Of a stretch of DNA of 35,319 nt, positions 1 to 12,001 are shown piece by piece. Position 1 is the first letter of the stretch; each line of letters begins with the position of its first letter. The stretch covers positions 102,903,706-102,939,024 of the forward strand of contig NC_068986.1 in NCBI RefSeq assembly GCF_001194135.2. The letters run 5' to 3'. The notes beneath the pieces were generated by a model. The model was not told where the DNA came from. It saw nothing but the letters and a program-made list of their open reading frames with translations, and searched no databases. The stretch comes from Octopus bimaculoides. Taxonomy: Eukaryota. The translations under genes and the position numbers were made by a program.

Positions 1-710
1 TATATATACAGGGACAATTATGCAAATGTGTATGCATAGATAGTCAGATAGATAGATAGATAGATAGGTAGATAGATAGATAGACAGACAAATAGATACA
101 GAGAGGGATATTATTATGCATGTAAGAATGTATATATAGGTATATAGACAGGCAGACAGATGGGATGGTAGGGAGGTGGGTAGGTGGTTAGTTAAGATGG
201 TAGGTTGCCAGGTATTCAAACAAGTGTAATCTATACGAACACGACAAAGACATAAGTCTACTGAACTCTAGCGGCAAAACCACGTCTATGTAGAGGCTAC
301 GTATAGGAGTAGAAAAAGTATTGCTTTATGGGAGTGGTAGATTAAATATATAATATATATAGGCATTTATATTTGAGTAAATTTTGCCATAATTGTGTAA
401 AATCATTCGTGTAGCGTCTTAGAGGAAACGGTATTAATGAAAGAAGTACAGTTGTTGAGACCAGGCTAAATATATATTTGAAGGAGATAAAAGAGGTCAA
501 GGAACCAGGGAAAACAAAAGTTCAAATAACCGAAGTGTATAGTTGTTGAACCTAATGAGAGGTTAGTGATGGCATTATTCTAAAGAGAATTTGGTACGCA
601 GCGGAATGTACCTAGCAAGCCATATGCCCTACATCGATTCCATGCGAAATAACAAGCGAAGTCAGCGTATATCTTTATGAGCGCAAAGGTGTGTATATGC
701 ACTTATAGTA

Positions 711-713
<3 letters not shown>

Positions 714-782
<69 letters not shown>
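714..782. repeat. (TA)n microsatellite
   Basis: Direct inspection. Confidence 0.95.
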
Positions 783-785
<3 letters not shown>

Positions 786-834
786 GGTGGTGCTCCAGAA
801 TGGCCACAGCTCTTAGGTGAAACTAAATATATAT

Positions 835-1955
835 ATATATAAGCAGTTAAGTGGAACCGCGATGGTGACAAAAGTTGCTCCACCATACACCAATATAGTC
901 ATGGCAAACCTGCAGGTCCGGATGTATGAACAATCTAAATTTATACATGGCTTGAACTTCCACAAATATCTACTGGAAGACTGCAAACGTTACTTAGATA
1001 ACTTTCTAATCGTATGGTCGTACACATTTGAACAACGTATAGATTTCAACAGCATAAACAATAATATTAACTTTACCATGGAATACAGTAGAACTTAACT
1101 ACCATTCCTAAATATACAAATCATCACAAGAGATAAAATCATTGAAACAGATATTCGCAACACACAAACAGATTCTAAACAATAGCCTCTGTTCTCCTCA
1201 TGCCATCCGAAACACACACACGAAGAATAATATCCCCTTTAATCTGACAAGAAGAATCTGCCTCTAACCCTGCAACTCGCAATCAAAGACTCCAGGAATC
1301 AAAGAAGTACTACTTAAAAGACAATATCCATTAATGTTAATAGACAACGGAATAGAACGTGCAACGCAACAACTATCGTAGAAACCAAAAACGCTCTAGA
1401 TACGTCTAATACTATAATCGTTATTACAGCACACAACTCACGAAAGACAGAGGTTTACAATATTACCCATCAAAACAAGACCCAAAAATGAAACAGGCAT
1501 TCCAAATACACAAAATAATCAAAAGTAAAAGACAATCGAAGTCACTCAGTGCTAAATTACATCCCACAATTTCTACACCAACAGGCAAAATGTGTCACCG
1601 CCCCAATTGCGGAACCTGCATCAACCTTATTGAAAACACAAATTCAAATCTGGACAGATTTTACCGTAAAAATGTCACTGTATATGTTCCTCAAGGGGAT
1701 TTAATATACGCTATCAAATATCAAGATGTAATGAAGATTACATAGGTCAAACAAATCTTACTCGAAGAAAATGATTAAGTATCCCCCGACAACAAATAGG
1801 AAAAACCAGTACTAGACAGATTCCATTGCATATGTGCAAAAAAAATGAGCAAAGACTAAATTCTTCAAATTTCAGGTCCTCCTCTCTCTACCTATGTTCA
1901 GTGAATAATAGAGATGAAGCACGGATAAACAAAGAAAACTCTTATTTACATTATT
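835..1955 (+). mobile_element. Degraded Penelope-like element (RT, linker, GIY-YIG)
   Basis: [69 protein letters not shown] and RINKEN occur in the canonical PLE order, with frameshifts and stops. Confidence 0.85.
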
Positions 1956-2443
1956 TACATTTGACAGATAGTATGTTAACGTTAATGTTTCGGCTCGTCC
2001 AGTTTTCATCGGGTCTGTTGGGGAAATTTCGAACCTGGGTTCTCATTCTTAAGGTATTTTTCGATGCTGTTATTATTATTATTATTATTATTGTTCAGTA
2101 GTTTTATTTTTATAACGTGCTTTCACTTCACTACCGAGCGTAGCTCTGTGCGCCTTGGGTATGTGCTGTGGTTTGCTGTGGTGCTCTTATGTTTACTGTA
2201 TTGAAAGTGTTTTGCGTAGGATGTGTGCTGTGCCCAGTAGTGCAATTTTCTGTATGTTATATATATTTGTAAGTCCTGGTATTTTTGTTATGTATCTGTC
2301 TGAATATTTTTTTATTATACCTAAGGCACCTACTATGATAGGAATTGTTTCTGTTTTTAGATTCCACATTCGAGTTATCTATATTTCAAGGTCTTTGTAA
2401 ATAGAGATAACTCGAATGTGGAATCTAAAATAATTACCATTAC

Positions 2444-2513
<70 letters not shown>

Positions 2514-2577
2514 CAGGTCACTACCTGGAATCGATCTCGGAATCTTGAGGTTAGTTCTCTTGGGGTTAGTATTCGTG
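1955..2577 (-). mobile_element. Non-autonomous repeat (PLE-terminus-like) with an internal (AAT)n and a degenerate hammerhead-like core, split by an R4 insertion
   Basis: Left part 1955-2070 reads (minus) ...ccCGATGAaaactggacgagccGAAAc.... Right part is 2513-2577. Both parts abut the (AAT)n tracts flanking the R4 fragment. Confidence 0.45.
2093..2430 (-). mobile_element. 5'-truncated R4/Dong-type non-LTR retrotransposon (C-terminal restriction-like endonuclease end plus 3'UTR) within (AAT)n
   Basis: Minus-strand translation YKDLEI*ITRMWNLKTETIPIIVGALGIIKK...QKIALLGTAHILRKTLSIQ*. Flanked by (ATT)n at 2070-2092 and 2440-2512. Confidence 0.85.
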
Positions 2578-3132
2578 TGAAGGTGTTTGGCACAGATTGA
2601 CCTTGACATCAGCAGTGAATGTGCACTGTGATTTAAAAATTCTAGCTCACTTCCATTGTTTACAGAAGTGCTTCGAAGTAACGTGTCTAATGTGTGATCG
2701 TCGCATTCACTATGAGAGAAAGTTGTCATGGCCATACCTGCTCAGAAGCTTACTCAAAGTTGCACAAATTGTATGGTGAGCAGTGTATGAGTCGCACACA
2801 AGTGTAAGAGAGGTTCAGATGTTTCCAAGATGGTTGAAAATTGTTTTTAGTGGAAAACGTTCTGAGAGACCCGCTACCAGCAGAACTGAGGAAAGCATCA
2901 GTGTGCTTACATCTGTGAAGAGAAATCATCGAATAACCACCCATGAGTTATCAGAGGATGTGCAAATGTGTTACGGTTCAGTTCTGCCCATTACCACTAT
3001 AACGATTGTGTATGAGACGCGTGTCTGTTAAGTTTCTGGCAAAACCGCCTTCAGCTGACCAAAAAGACACTCGAGTTTCAGTCACATAAAATCTCCTTTA
3101 TTGTGTCGACTGCGACGAAAGCTTTTTGAAAA
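2577..3132 (+). mobile_element. Mariner transposon fragment (5' part, HTH region of the transposase)
   Basis: Across frameshifts: TCSEAYSKLHKLYGEQCMSRTQV, SERPATSRTEE, RITTHELSEDVQ, KPPSADQKDTRVSV, DESFLK. Confidence 0.8.
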
Positions 3133-3393
3133 TTTGCGTAGGCCTCTGAGCAGGTATCACCAAGCTTTTGGCAAAGGTCGATGCAGATTCTCAGGTCAAG
3201 TTTCTCTGTCATGGTCAATGCGACAATCACACGCTACAAACGCTCCTTCCATGCACTGCATCAGTGACCTAGAGCGTTGAACCTTACTGTGCATGCACAG
3301 CAGAATTGAAGGTCAATCTGTACCAAGCAGCTTCACTCTGCATGCTTTAGCTTCGTTACTGTGGTAACAGTCCCGATACATACTGATTTGACC

Positions 3394-3398
<5 letters not shown>
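3117..3398 (-). mobile_element. Second mariner, 5' end with TIR, in convergent orientation
   Basis: TIR-like end tacatggtcaaatcagtatgtatcgggact abuts (TA)n. ATG-MTEKLDLRICID.CQKLGDTCSEAYANFQKAF. Homologous to the plus copy (26-nt block at 2577-2602 matches at 22/26). Confidence 0.75.
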
Positions 3399-3429
<31 letters not shown>

Positions 3430-3432
<3 letters not shown>

Positions 3433-3600
3433 ACCGCTGAAATCTGCAAGTCCTTTTCATTATCCCTCTTTTTATTTTCTCTCGTTCCTTTCTGTTGAAG
3501 AGCATAGACTCGAACCGTATAAGGCTTTCCCGAGCGTCAAACTAATATACTTGCTTGTTGTTAATACACCTGTCTTCGTCTTTTCTAATTCTGTAAATTT
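3430..3600 (+). mobile_element. PLE-terminal-repeat-like fragment with a degenerate minimal hammerhead (about 3486-3524)
   Basis: ccttt CTGTTGA A GAGC-atag-ACTC GAAC CGTA taagg: hammerhead layout with core substitutions and a CCTT/AAGG stem I. Confidence 0.45.
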
Positions 3601-3601
3601 C

Positions 3602-3647
<46 letters not shown>

Positions 3648-4017
3648 GTGTGCATTTCTATATATATTCATAAATGAATATGTGCTTGTCTGTGTGTGTG
3701 TGTGTACGAAATTCATTACGTGTAAATATGTACACATGCATGTGTTTAAGCTTTAGTTCTAACATAACTTTGGTGTATTTTGTTCATTAACGATATGCTT
3801 ACAGTAATGGATATATCCGATCGGATATTAATGCGGTTTCGGGAGCAGGATATGAGATTCAAATGTCTTCAGTAGATAGTAAATATAAAACACTTCAAAC
3901 ATTTTTTAGTGACTGTTTTTTTAAATTCTTTTTATCCTATCCCGTCTATGTCGTGATTCTACCATTATAAACATATTTTCTTAGCATATTTTATTAAGCA
4001 TACTGTCCCAACTTTAC

Positions 4018-4173
4018 CAGACATAATTTGATAGCTTTCCAATTTCCTTTTATTATTCTTAGACTCAAAAGTACTGATCTAGACGTAAATGTTAATTTTC
4101 CTGCATCAGTATATTTCACAAACTCAGTACGTTGTCGTATAAGTATTTGCGTTTCAGCATTCAGTTTCGTATT
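4018..4173 (-). CDS. Putative 156-nt exon, phase 0-0 (NTKLNAETQILIRQRTEFVKYTDAGKLTFTSRSVLLSLRIIKGNWKAIKLCL). The gene is open towards lower coordinates.
   Basis: Acceptor catttctcttaag; donor CTG|GTAAAG. 52 uninterrupted codons in the frame set by the upstream chain. Confidence 0.65.
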
Positions 4174-5944
4174 CTTAAGAGAAATGAATGTATGAATAAA
4201 TCTCTTATGTAAATGAAGAAGAAGTCTTTATAATACTTAATGTGTTGTGTCTTCTTAGGAAGCATATTTATAAATAACACTTGTACAAACAACAGCTGGC
4301 TAATCTTTCGTGATGCTGAGCAATAAAGGATATATATGTCTAAGCACGCGATGGCTTGCGGTTAGTTGATAGTAATGAAGTGCCACGAAGTAGAAGTACA
4401 TACGTTTATGTATGTATGTATGTATGTATGCATATATATATNNNNNNNNNNNNNNNNNNNNNNNNNNNNNNNNNNNNNNNNNNNNNNNNNNNNNNNNNNN
4501 NNNNNNNNNNNNNNNNNNNNNNNNNNNNNNNNNNNNNNNNNNNNNNNNNNNNNNNNNNNNNNNNNNNNNNNNNNNNNNNNNNNNNNNNNNTATATATATA
4601 TATATATTTCAAAATAAGCAACAAATATATCCAGAGGTAATGCTGCACGATCGTTTCATGCAACTCCATTCAATTCAACAATGTAATCATTACATCAACT
4701 GTTTTATTGTTCTACATCCTGTTTGTGTTTCTCTCCCACCCTTTCCCTATACTTCTTTTCCTTTCACCGTCCCCCTCTCTCTTACTCTTCCTCCCTGACC
4801 CTCTCGTCGCTGACACGTGACGAAAGGGATTCTTTCTTTCTATTTCCTGCCTTCCTCTAGAGAAGGCGGAATTTTTTTTGTTCACATCTAACTAGCGTTC
4901 AAAATAATAATTTTTCTATCGTCTTGGCGTAACATCCCTTACGTTTCTTTCTACTGTCTTGTCTTTACTGTCTTGTCCTATTTTTACTGTCTTTTACTGC
5001 CTTGTTCTCACTGTCCTATTCTTGTTAACACTTTCACCCTCCGCAAAAAAATCCAAATTCTATTTAATTTGCTTTGCGGGAAAGACTGTTCCAACGAAGT
5101 CGCGTATTGTCTTCGACGCGGAGTAATAGACAGGGACAACTGATGATGGGAAATATGTTTTATGCTGCATGTCTCATTTCTCTGTTTTTTTTTCGTTGAT
5201 AAAAAAAAATCTTCGTTTTGTCTTCGTCTTTGTTTTCGTTTCTCATTGAGTTTAACCTTTTTTGTGATGTCCTGTATACTTTATATGCATGTATGTATAC
5301 ATATATGTATGGATATATGCATATATTTATATATTATCTCTATCATTATATGATCGAACGCCNNNNNNNNNNNNNNNNNNNNNNNNNNNNNNNNNNNNNN
5401 NNNNNNNNNNNNNNNNNNNNNNNNNNNNNNNNNNNNNNNNNNNNNNNNNNNNNNNNNNNNNNNNNNNNNNNNNNNNNNNNNNNNNNNNNNNNNNNNNNNN
5501 NNNNNNNNNNNNNNNNNNNNNNNNNNNNNNNNNNNNNNNNNNNNNNNNNNNNNNNNNNNNNNNNNNNNNNNNNNNNNNNNNNNNNNNNNNNNNNNNNNNN
5601 NNNNNNNNNNNNNNNNNNNNNNNNNNNNNNNNNNNNNNNNNNNNNNNNNNNNNNNNNNNNNNNNNNNNNNNNNNNNNNNNNNNNNNNNNNNNNNNNNNNN
5701 NNNNNNNNNNNNNNNNNNNNNNNNNNNNNNNNNNNNNNNNNNNNNNNNNNNNNNNNNNNNNNNNNNNNNNNNNNNNNNNNNNNNNNNNNNNNNNNNNNNN
5801 NNNNNNNNNNNNNNNNNNNNNNNNTTGGAAAAGGGCGCGTGGCGCTGGATATATACTGCTCAAATCATTTAGTCTAAAGCAAGTACCTATAATAGCAGAA
5901 AATTTTGCTTTTTACGGAAAATCTCTCTTTTAAATAATATTGTG

Positions 5945-8525
5945 ACTTCTTTTGGTAATTATTGTTATGTACGGTTTTGCAAAATTATTCCAACCGTATT
6001 ATTCATTTATTTTCTTTGTGTTTTGCAGTTAATCATTTTCGCGTTTCCCCTTGGGAAAAGAAAAAAAAAATTGAATTTTCCAGATGCACAAATGCCTACA
6101 TGTTTGCTACATGGAGCACTTTTAATGGATCTTAGATTGGTTGGATAATTTTGAGCGTGTTTCTCGTTATTTCTTCCTCCGATATGAATGTTACTGTTGT
6201 TAGTAGTGTTTTAAGATATGGTGTCATAGTCTGCGGTTGATGATTTGTTATTATTTCATTATTTGTTCGAGATTCGGTGATAATTGTATTATTCATTGGT
6301 CTCGTTTGTCGAATGTAACATTTCGTGATTTCTAGGGATATGGGCGATATCTAATGGAGCAATTATATTTGTTTCTTTTTTTGTTTGTTTGCTACCTGTT
6401 TAAGCTTGCGTGTTAGTGTCTCTGCGAAAGGCAAAGATTGGAATATATTTTGCTTTGGTTACATGGTTTAAGTTTGCGAGACATCTTGGTTCTAATGCAA
6501 CACATTTAATCGTTTGTATAACCTTTTTGAACATATATATCTTTCCATATGAAATGGTATATTCCTTTTTGGTTGGACCGGAAATGAAGGTCAAAATTTC
6601 AATACTGGTATATGTCTGTGTCCTTGTCATGAAGATTGGTTACGATTCTCATTTTCTTTAACAGAATGTCCAGAAAAGAAGTTCTCTTTCATTCATTTCC
6701 ATAATGAAACAGATCGATTTACGAAACCTATTTATTAATTTAAAGCGTCTTGTAATGTCCTCCTTACTTTTGTTTAATATTATGTCACAATCATCCATTA
6801 ATGTTTTCCGGTGTTTTATTATAGAGGATGGGAAATATTGATCTAAATTAATTCCAGACATATTTTTTATTCGAAGAATCCAATGCCTATTTTTAGTAAT
6901 ATTGATTACCAAAGAAGAAATAATACTTTTCTAATACTAAACATAATACTTCGAGTGTAATAATTTCTTTTTTTCGGAATGTCTCCTGAATTTTCTCTAG
7001 GCATTTGTCAATCCAGAATTCTACCGAGTCTCATGCTAATTCGTGTGTAAAATTTATCTCAAGAAAATTTTCAAGCATACGCACGTACATACATACATAT
7101 ATATATATATATACATACATATAAATATTTTCCATATTCCCACGAGGAAAGGAAATTTGAGTGACTACCATTCCAATACTCTACATGATATATCTGGATC
7201 GAAAAGATTGAAAAGTTTTCACCTCGGAACAGAAATCAATGCTTCGGCCCGAAATTGCCCCAGGTCATTTTTAACTTAATGGCACCACTGATAGAATCTG
7301 TTATATCGCGATTAAATCAAGTCTTGTGTGGTGCATTTAAGTACTGCTATGTTGCTCATTGAGATGTATCGAGGTAGAACTTGCCTGTGCGGTATACCTT
7401 GAAGAAATTTGGACATATATCATCTCAAGCTGTTGGAATCTTTTTCTTCTTTTATAATAGTTGATACGGAAGAATTCGTTAAATAAAAGTTACTGCGTTC
7501 GAGTATGTTTATGAGTTGTGAGCCTGAATTTTTCAGGAGGCGTATAACACAAGGCCCAGCTTTCATGGAGTTTTGATTTTGGTGTGAAGGTCGTTTGAGC
7601 AATGCTGATGGTATATTCTCCACATTATATAAATGATGTGGCGCTCAGAGCGGCGTTGGAGAAAATAAATTTTGAATGTTTTATGCTGTCTCAATAATCA
7701 AGATCAATCATAGCTTTTATTGTTTTAGTGTTAGCTCTCTGTGGGGAAAATTATAATACTATTAACAATTGATTTCCTATATTCATTATAGATTCCCTTA
7801 TAAACTTCTCATTACTTATCCTGTTTATTCTCCTGTTTCGTACTATATTAACCTATATCTTTTTAAATGTGCACGAGAGCTTTTTTTAAGCATAGACTTG
7901 TTGATAAAAAGCTGGTTCAGAGACACACGAGTGCTAATTATGATAATGTTGGATAGCTTTTATTAGATTATCTCTTTGAAAATTTGGGGTATCATCCTTC
8001 CAATAGGCATTGAAATAGAGGAGTTAAAAATCTAGTTCGATTCAATCGACAATTAATATTCCACAAATCGTGTGTCTTGTTCTTTTGATCATGTTTGATA
8101 TCGTTCCTGAACTTGATGAGATTGTCGTTGTTGCTGTTCTTTTTATTATTTTCATGTTTGTATCGGCAAGATGTCTATCGGATGGCGCGTGATGCTGTTT
8201 ACTTCTTTTTACATTTATTTACTTAGAATTGCAAATTGCTAAACTTTTGCTACATGTCATTTTCTCTTAAATGAAATACTAACAGGATGTGAACTGGTTG
8301 GTCTTTCCGTTCCCTACCCTTTTGGGTTGCAAATATTTTGGTAAAAATTTCAAAGTTTGTATTGAAAAACATTTCTTCTACAAACATGGCGTCAGTTTTC
8401 ACATCCAGTAAACCAAAGTGTGAGCCAGTAGATGACTCCCGATGACATGTAGAGTACCATTCGAAATCACCACTCACTTCGTAAGGGGAAGAATGCGGTA
8501 TTTCCAATTTTGAAACTTCAAACAT
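5945..8525 (-). mobile_element. Near full-length, heavily degraded Penelope-like element
   Basis: In order on the minus strand: FLTPLFQCLLEG.PKF, FYTRISMRLG/FWIDKC, LCLVLEKYYFFFGNQYY, MDDCDIILNKSKED..SICFIMEMNEREL, EPRCLA, SAPCSKHVGICASGKF. The RT and C-terminus are clear; the N-terminal limit is approximate. Confidence 0.7.
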
Positions 8526-8539
8526 AAAAATATTTTTAA

Positions 8540-9270
8540 ATTGCTGTAGCGGGAAACGACAGCAGCAATAACAACAATAACAAACAAAAACCTAAGCAGC
8601 AAGATCTACATAGGCAGCAAGTTAGCAGCAAAAGTGGAGATAAAGGCAGTGACAGGAACAACAGCAGCTGCAACATTAGCAGAAGCGGCGTTAAAAGCAG
8701 CAGCAGAAGCAGCAACATCAATAACTGCAACAACCTCACTACAAGCACACAGCAGCAGTGACAGAAGCAACAGCAGCGGTAAAGTAAATACACATAATTT
8801 CACTAACAGCAACAGCAAGAGTAGCAATGTCTCCTTTGCAGAAATACCTTCAGCCAATGAGTTCTATAGTCTTTCCCAGGAAGACTATCGGGCCAAACGG
8901 GATCACGCTGCTAGCAATAACGGTGCTTCTACCAAAGTTAGATTTCGGGTAGATGTTTTGCATGCAAACTATCGCAAAACGTAAATTTGTGTTAGATGTT
9001 AACGGAAACAAAAGGGGAACTGACTTAGAGGTTTATCTCCATATAATACCTGAACACCTTGGAACGATTCTAGACATTGTTTCCAATCTGACTGGTTTAG
9101 AATTGTGTGTAATTCTAAAGGGCAGAAGGCTGAGATGTTGAACGAATTACTGTTGCTGAACGAATTACTGCAGCAAGACCGGAGACCAACAGAGACAGTA
9201 TCAAGCGCTGCTTCATGAATAAAACCAACCAGAGCGACAGTAACTACAACATCTGTAACAATATCAACAT
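8540..9270 (+). other. Frameshifted low-complexity (Ala/Thr/Ser/Gln) ORF with a folded-looking core, possibly a retroelement ORF1 remnant
   Basis: ORFs 8634-8984 and 8953-9141 overlap with a frameshift and are flanked by degenerate CAG/CAA repeats. Family not recognised. Confidence 0.3.
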
Positions 9271-9279
9271 TACCATCAA

Positions 9280-10800
9280 GTGTTTAAAAATATATAGATT
9301 ACGATGTTGGCAAGGATACAGGCGTTTCCCCGCTCTCCCCATTAATTACAACTTTGTTGACATAGTTTGGCTAAAGCATTTTCAGTTAGGATATGCTTGA
9401 CCTAACCTGCTATATTTAGAGCATTAGCATACAGCTTTTCAATGGATACTGAAGTCCAGTTTCAGATTTCAAACCGTATAATTGGATTTATAACCGAATG
9501 TCGTGGCTGTTAACACAATTTTGATCCTAGATATACTCTGGTTTTTCATTGACTGCACAGGAAGAAATGCTGTGGCCAATTACATCATTTTATAGAATCC
9601 TTCTATAGATTGCAGATCCTGCAATTGATTTGGACGCCTCCTTTCACTATATTCTTAGAGTTTTCTGTCTAGGATTGGCTCAATACAGCAAAAATCGGAT
9701 CTATTTTTGTCTTTTTATTTCAGAAACTGCTCTAAGTTTGTAGCTTTCATTCTCTTTTGTTCCCTCATGTCGAGATTTGCATGTTATTCGCAATGGAGGA
9801 TATTTTCTTAATTTTGCTTTGTTCATAAAACATCGAGATTGTGATATGATGATACCTTAGTTTTTTTTTTTTTTACTGTTTGTATGGTTCTCACATTTTC
9901 TGTCATTTTGCAGCTTTTCTGTATGTTCAACCACGTGTTCAAAGTTTTATATAAATTGGACATGTATTGTTTAATATATATATATATTTAGTTTCTATCA
10001 TGTTAAACTATTACGCTTAAAGATTTCCTTTTTTACTCGCTTCTTGGAATTTTTCTATTCACGCTAATATTACTTTCCAATAGTTCTTCATAAGTCACCA
10101 GTATGATTTTCTTGCTGTGCAGGCACATGTTAACAATATCGGCTTTAATATTGTGGATTTAGTTCTCTGTCTCTTTCTTGTAATTATTCTATTTAAGCTC
10201 TTCAATTCAATTAACTCCCAATTTACTGTTAACGTAATATTGTATCACTGCGATAGCACAGGTAGTCATTATTCCAAGCATTAAAATCACTTTTTATATT
10301 AGTCGTACTTTTCTTTTGTAGCATTTTCTAATTTACTCCTCTTTTCTTTGTGATTATTACTATTATTACTATCCATTTCATCTACTCTTGAGACTTTTAA
10401 TGACTGGCACTGCTTTTTATTTCCTTTATTTTATCATCTACATTTAATTGAATTCTCTAGTTCAGTCTTCCTCGCCTTGAAATAGTTTTAGATCAGAATA
10501 ATATGACTCGATAGTTTGGCGCAAATAACTTATTATGAATTCTGAGCAAGATGCAGATTTGAACATATGGCATTCTTTTACAGAAAGTAAAGGAGCAGAT
10601 ATATTTAATAGTGATCTATTTATTACATGGAAAAATGCGAACAAGAGAAATAATATTCTGAAGATTATAAACATGGAAAAGTACAGCACAAGTTATTAAC
10701 GTGGAAAATAACCTGTCCTATACTTTTCCAGGTTTATAACCTTAAGACGTTTATTTGTCTTGCTTGCATTTTTCCATGTAATCCTTGTTTTTTCCAGGCT
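9280..10800 (-). mobile_element. Old degraded R4/Dong-type LINE (RT C-terminal half, zinc knuckle, start of endonuclease)
   Basis: SDLKLF, KVRLI..AIAVIQY, IHNIKADIVNMCL (HHPKADI-like), FAVLSQS..NIVK..NCRIC, IGHSISSC..KPEYI, in R4 order. Confidence 0.7.
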
Positions 10801-10874
10801 ATGCGAATAAATAATGTGTCAATAATTTAAGATTTTACTATATTCAAAATTGCATGAGAATTTTAAAGTGTGTT

Positions 10875-10875
<1 letters not shown>

Positions 10876-10920
<45 letters not shown>

Positions 10921-11057
10921 TGGTGTATGTTGTTGTTGTTGTTGTTATGTGTGTTAGGTGTGTGTATGTGCGTGTGTGAAAGAGAAAGAGAGACACAGAG
11001 AGAGAATGAGAGCGTACATTTTTTCATTTTTTTCCTCGCATCTTTTTGAAGTGATTG

Positions 11058-11107
<50 letters not shown>

Positions 11108-11507
11108 GTGCGTGTGTTGTCGGAGAGAATAATAGCGTAAATTTTATTTATTTACTTTTTCTCGCATCTTTTTTAGTGAGAGTGTGAGTGATTCACCGAG
11201 AGAGAGAGAGAGAGAGGTGTTGTCATTTATGTGTAAAATGGCTAGGGGCGGTCACACCCACACAAACACATACGTACAACCATTATCCGTCGTATACACG
11301 TACATGTATAAATATATATACGTCCATCTTTTTATATGTGTGCGTATGAGGGAGAGATTAAGTCAGTCACTGAGTGAAGGCGTGTATTATCATAACTTTC
11401 TGTGCCTATACGTATAAGTAACTAAGTAAAATTTACACAATCACTCTCTCTCTTTCTCTGTCTCTGTCTGTCTGTCTCTCTCTCTCTCTCTCACTTTCTC
11501 TCTCTCA

Positions 11508-11545
<38 letters not shown>

Positions 11546-11610
11546 CAATCACTCACACATTCATTGAACAATTTGCGAGAAAAGATATATGAAAAATGTA
11601 CGATGTCACA

Positions 11611-11688
<78 letters not shown>

Positions 11689-11690
11689 AC
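10876..11690. repeat. Fold-back structure: (GT)n/(GA)n arm and inverted (TC)n/(CA)n arm sharing unique sequence blocks
   Basis: gtgattgactga (11051-62) vs tcagtcaatcac (11541-52); cgtacatttt (11013-22) vs aaaatgtacg (11593-602); ctcgca / tgcgag. A second direct unit lies at about 11150-11200. Confidence 0.7.
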
Positions 11691-12001
11691 ATACATTTTC
11701 TGTGTCGCAAGCCCCATTAACACAAACGCTGACTTGAATCAAAATGTACACTTCCACTCACAAAACTAATTAGATAAAATGTTTTACGGAATTTACCGAA
11801 CATCGTATGGTAACAGCTGAGGTACACGAAGACGCATTCGACTTAAAACGAGTGATTGCCAAAATGGCTACCCTATTGTCAAAATTTCCAAATAATATTG
11901 TAATTTTTTTTCATTTTTATGATATAATTGCATTAATTAATACAGATAATGTAATTAAACTAATTACAAATAAGCGGTGTCGTTGATAATTTTTTCCTTA
12001 C

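Noticed and set aside
230-600. VEKVLLYGS, similar to RTE-clade RT
   Set aside because: It is a single short motif without corroborating neighbours.
3802-3865. Minus-strand exon candidate with a strong GTAAGC donor
   Set aside because: Only the phase-2 frame is open; phase 0, required after the 4018 exon, hits TAA. It cannot be placed in the model.
4795-4835. Stem plus GAAA (gtcgc-tgacac-gtgac-gaaa) resembling hammerhead stem II
   Set aside because: There is no CUGANGA box at the required position.
5136-5185. CTGATGA followed by a possible stem
   Set aside because: There is no GAAA box or stem I; at most a decayed repeat.
6658-8525. Initial reading as an L1/Tx1 endonuclease-RT
   Set aside because: The adjacent motifs (FWIDKC, YFFFGNQYY, DDC.II..KSKED, FIMEMNE, EPRC, CSKH..ICA) fit a Penelope-like element in the correct order.
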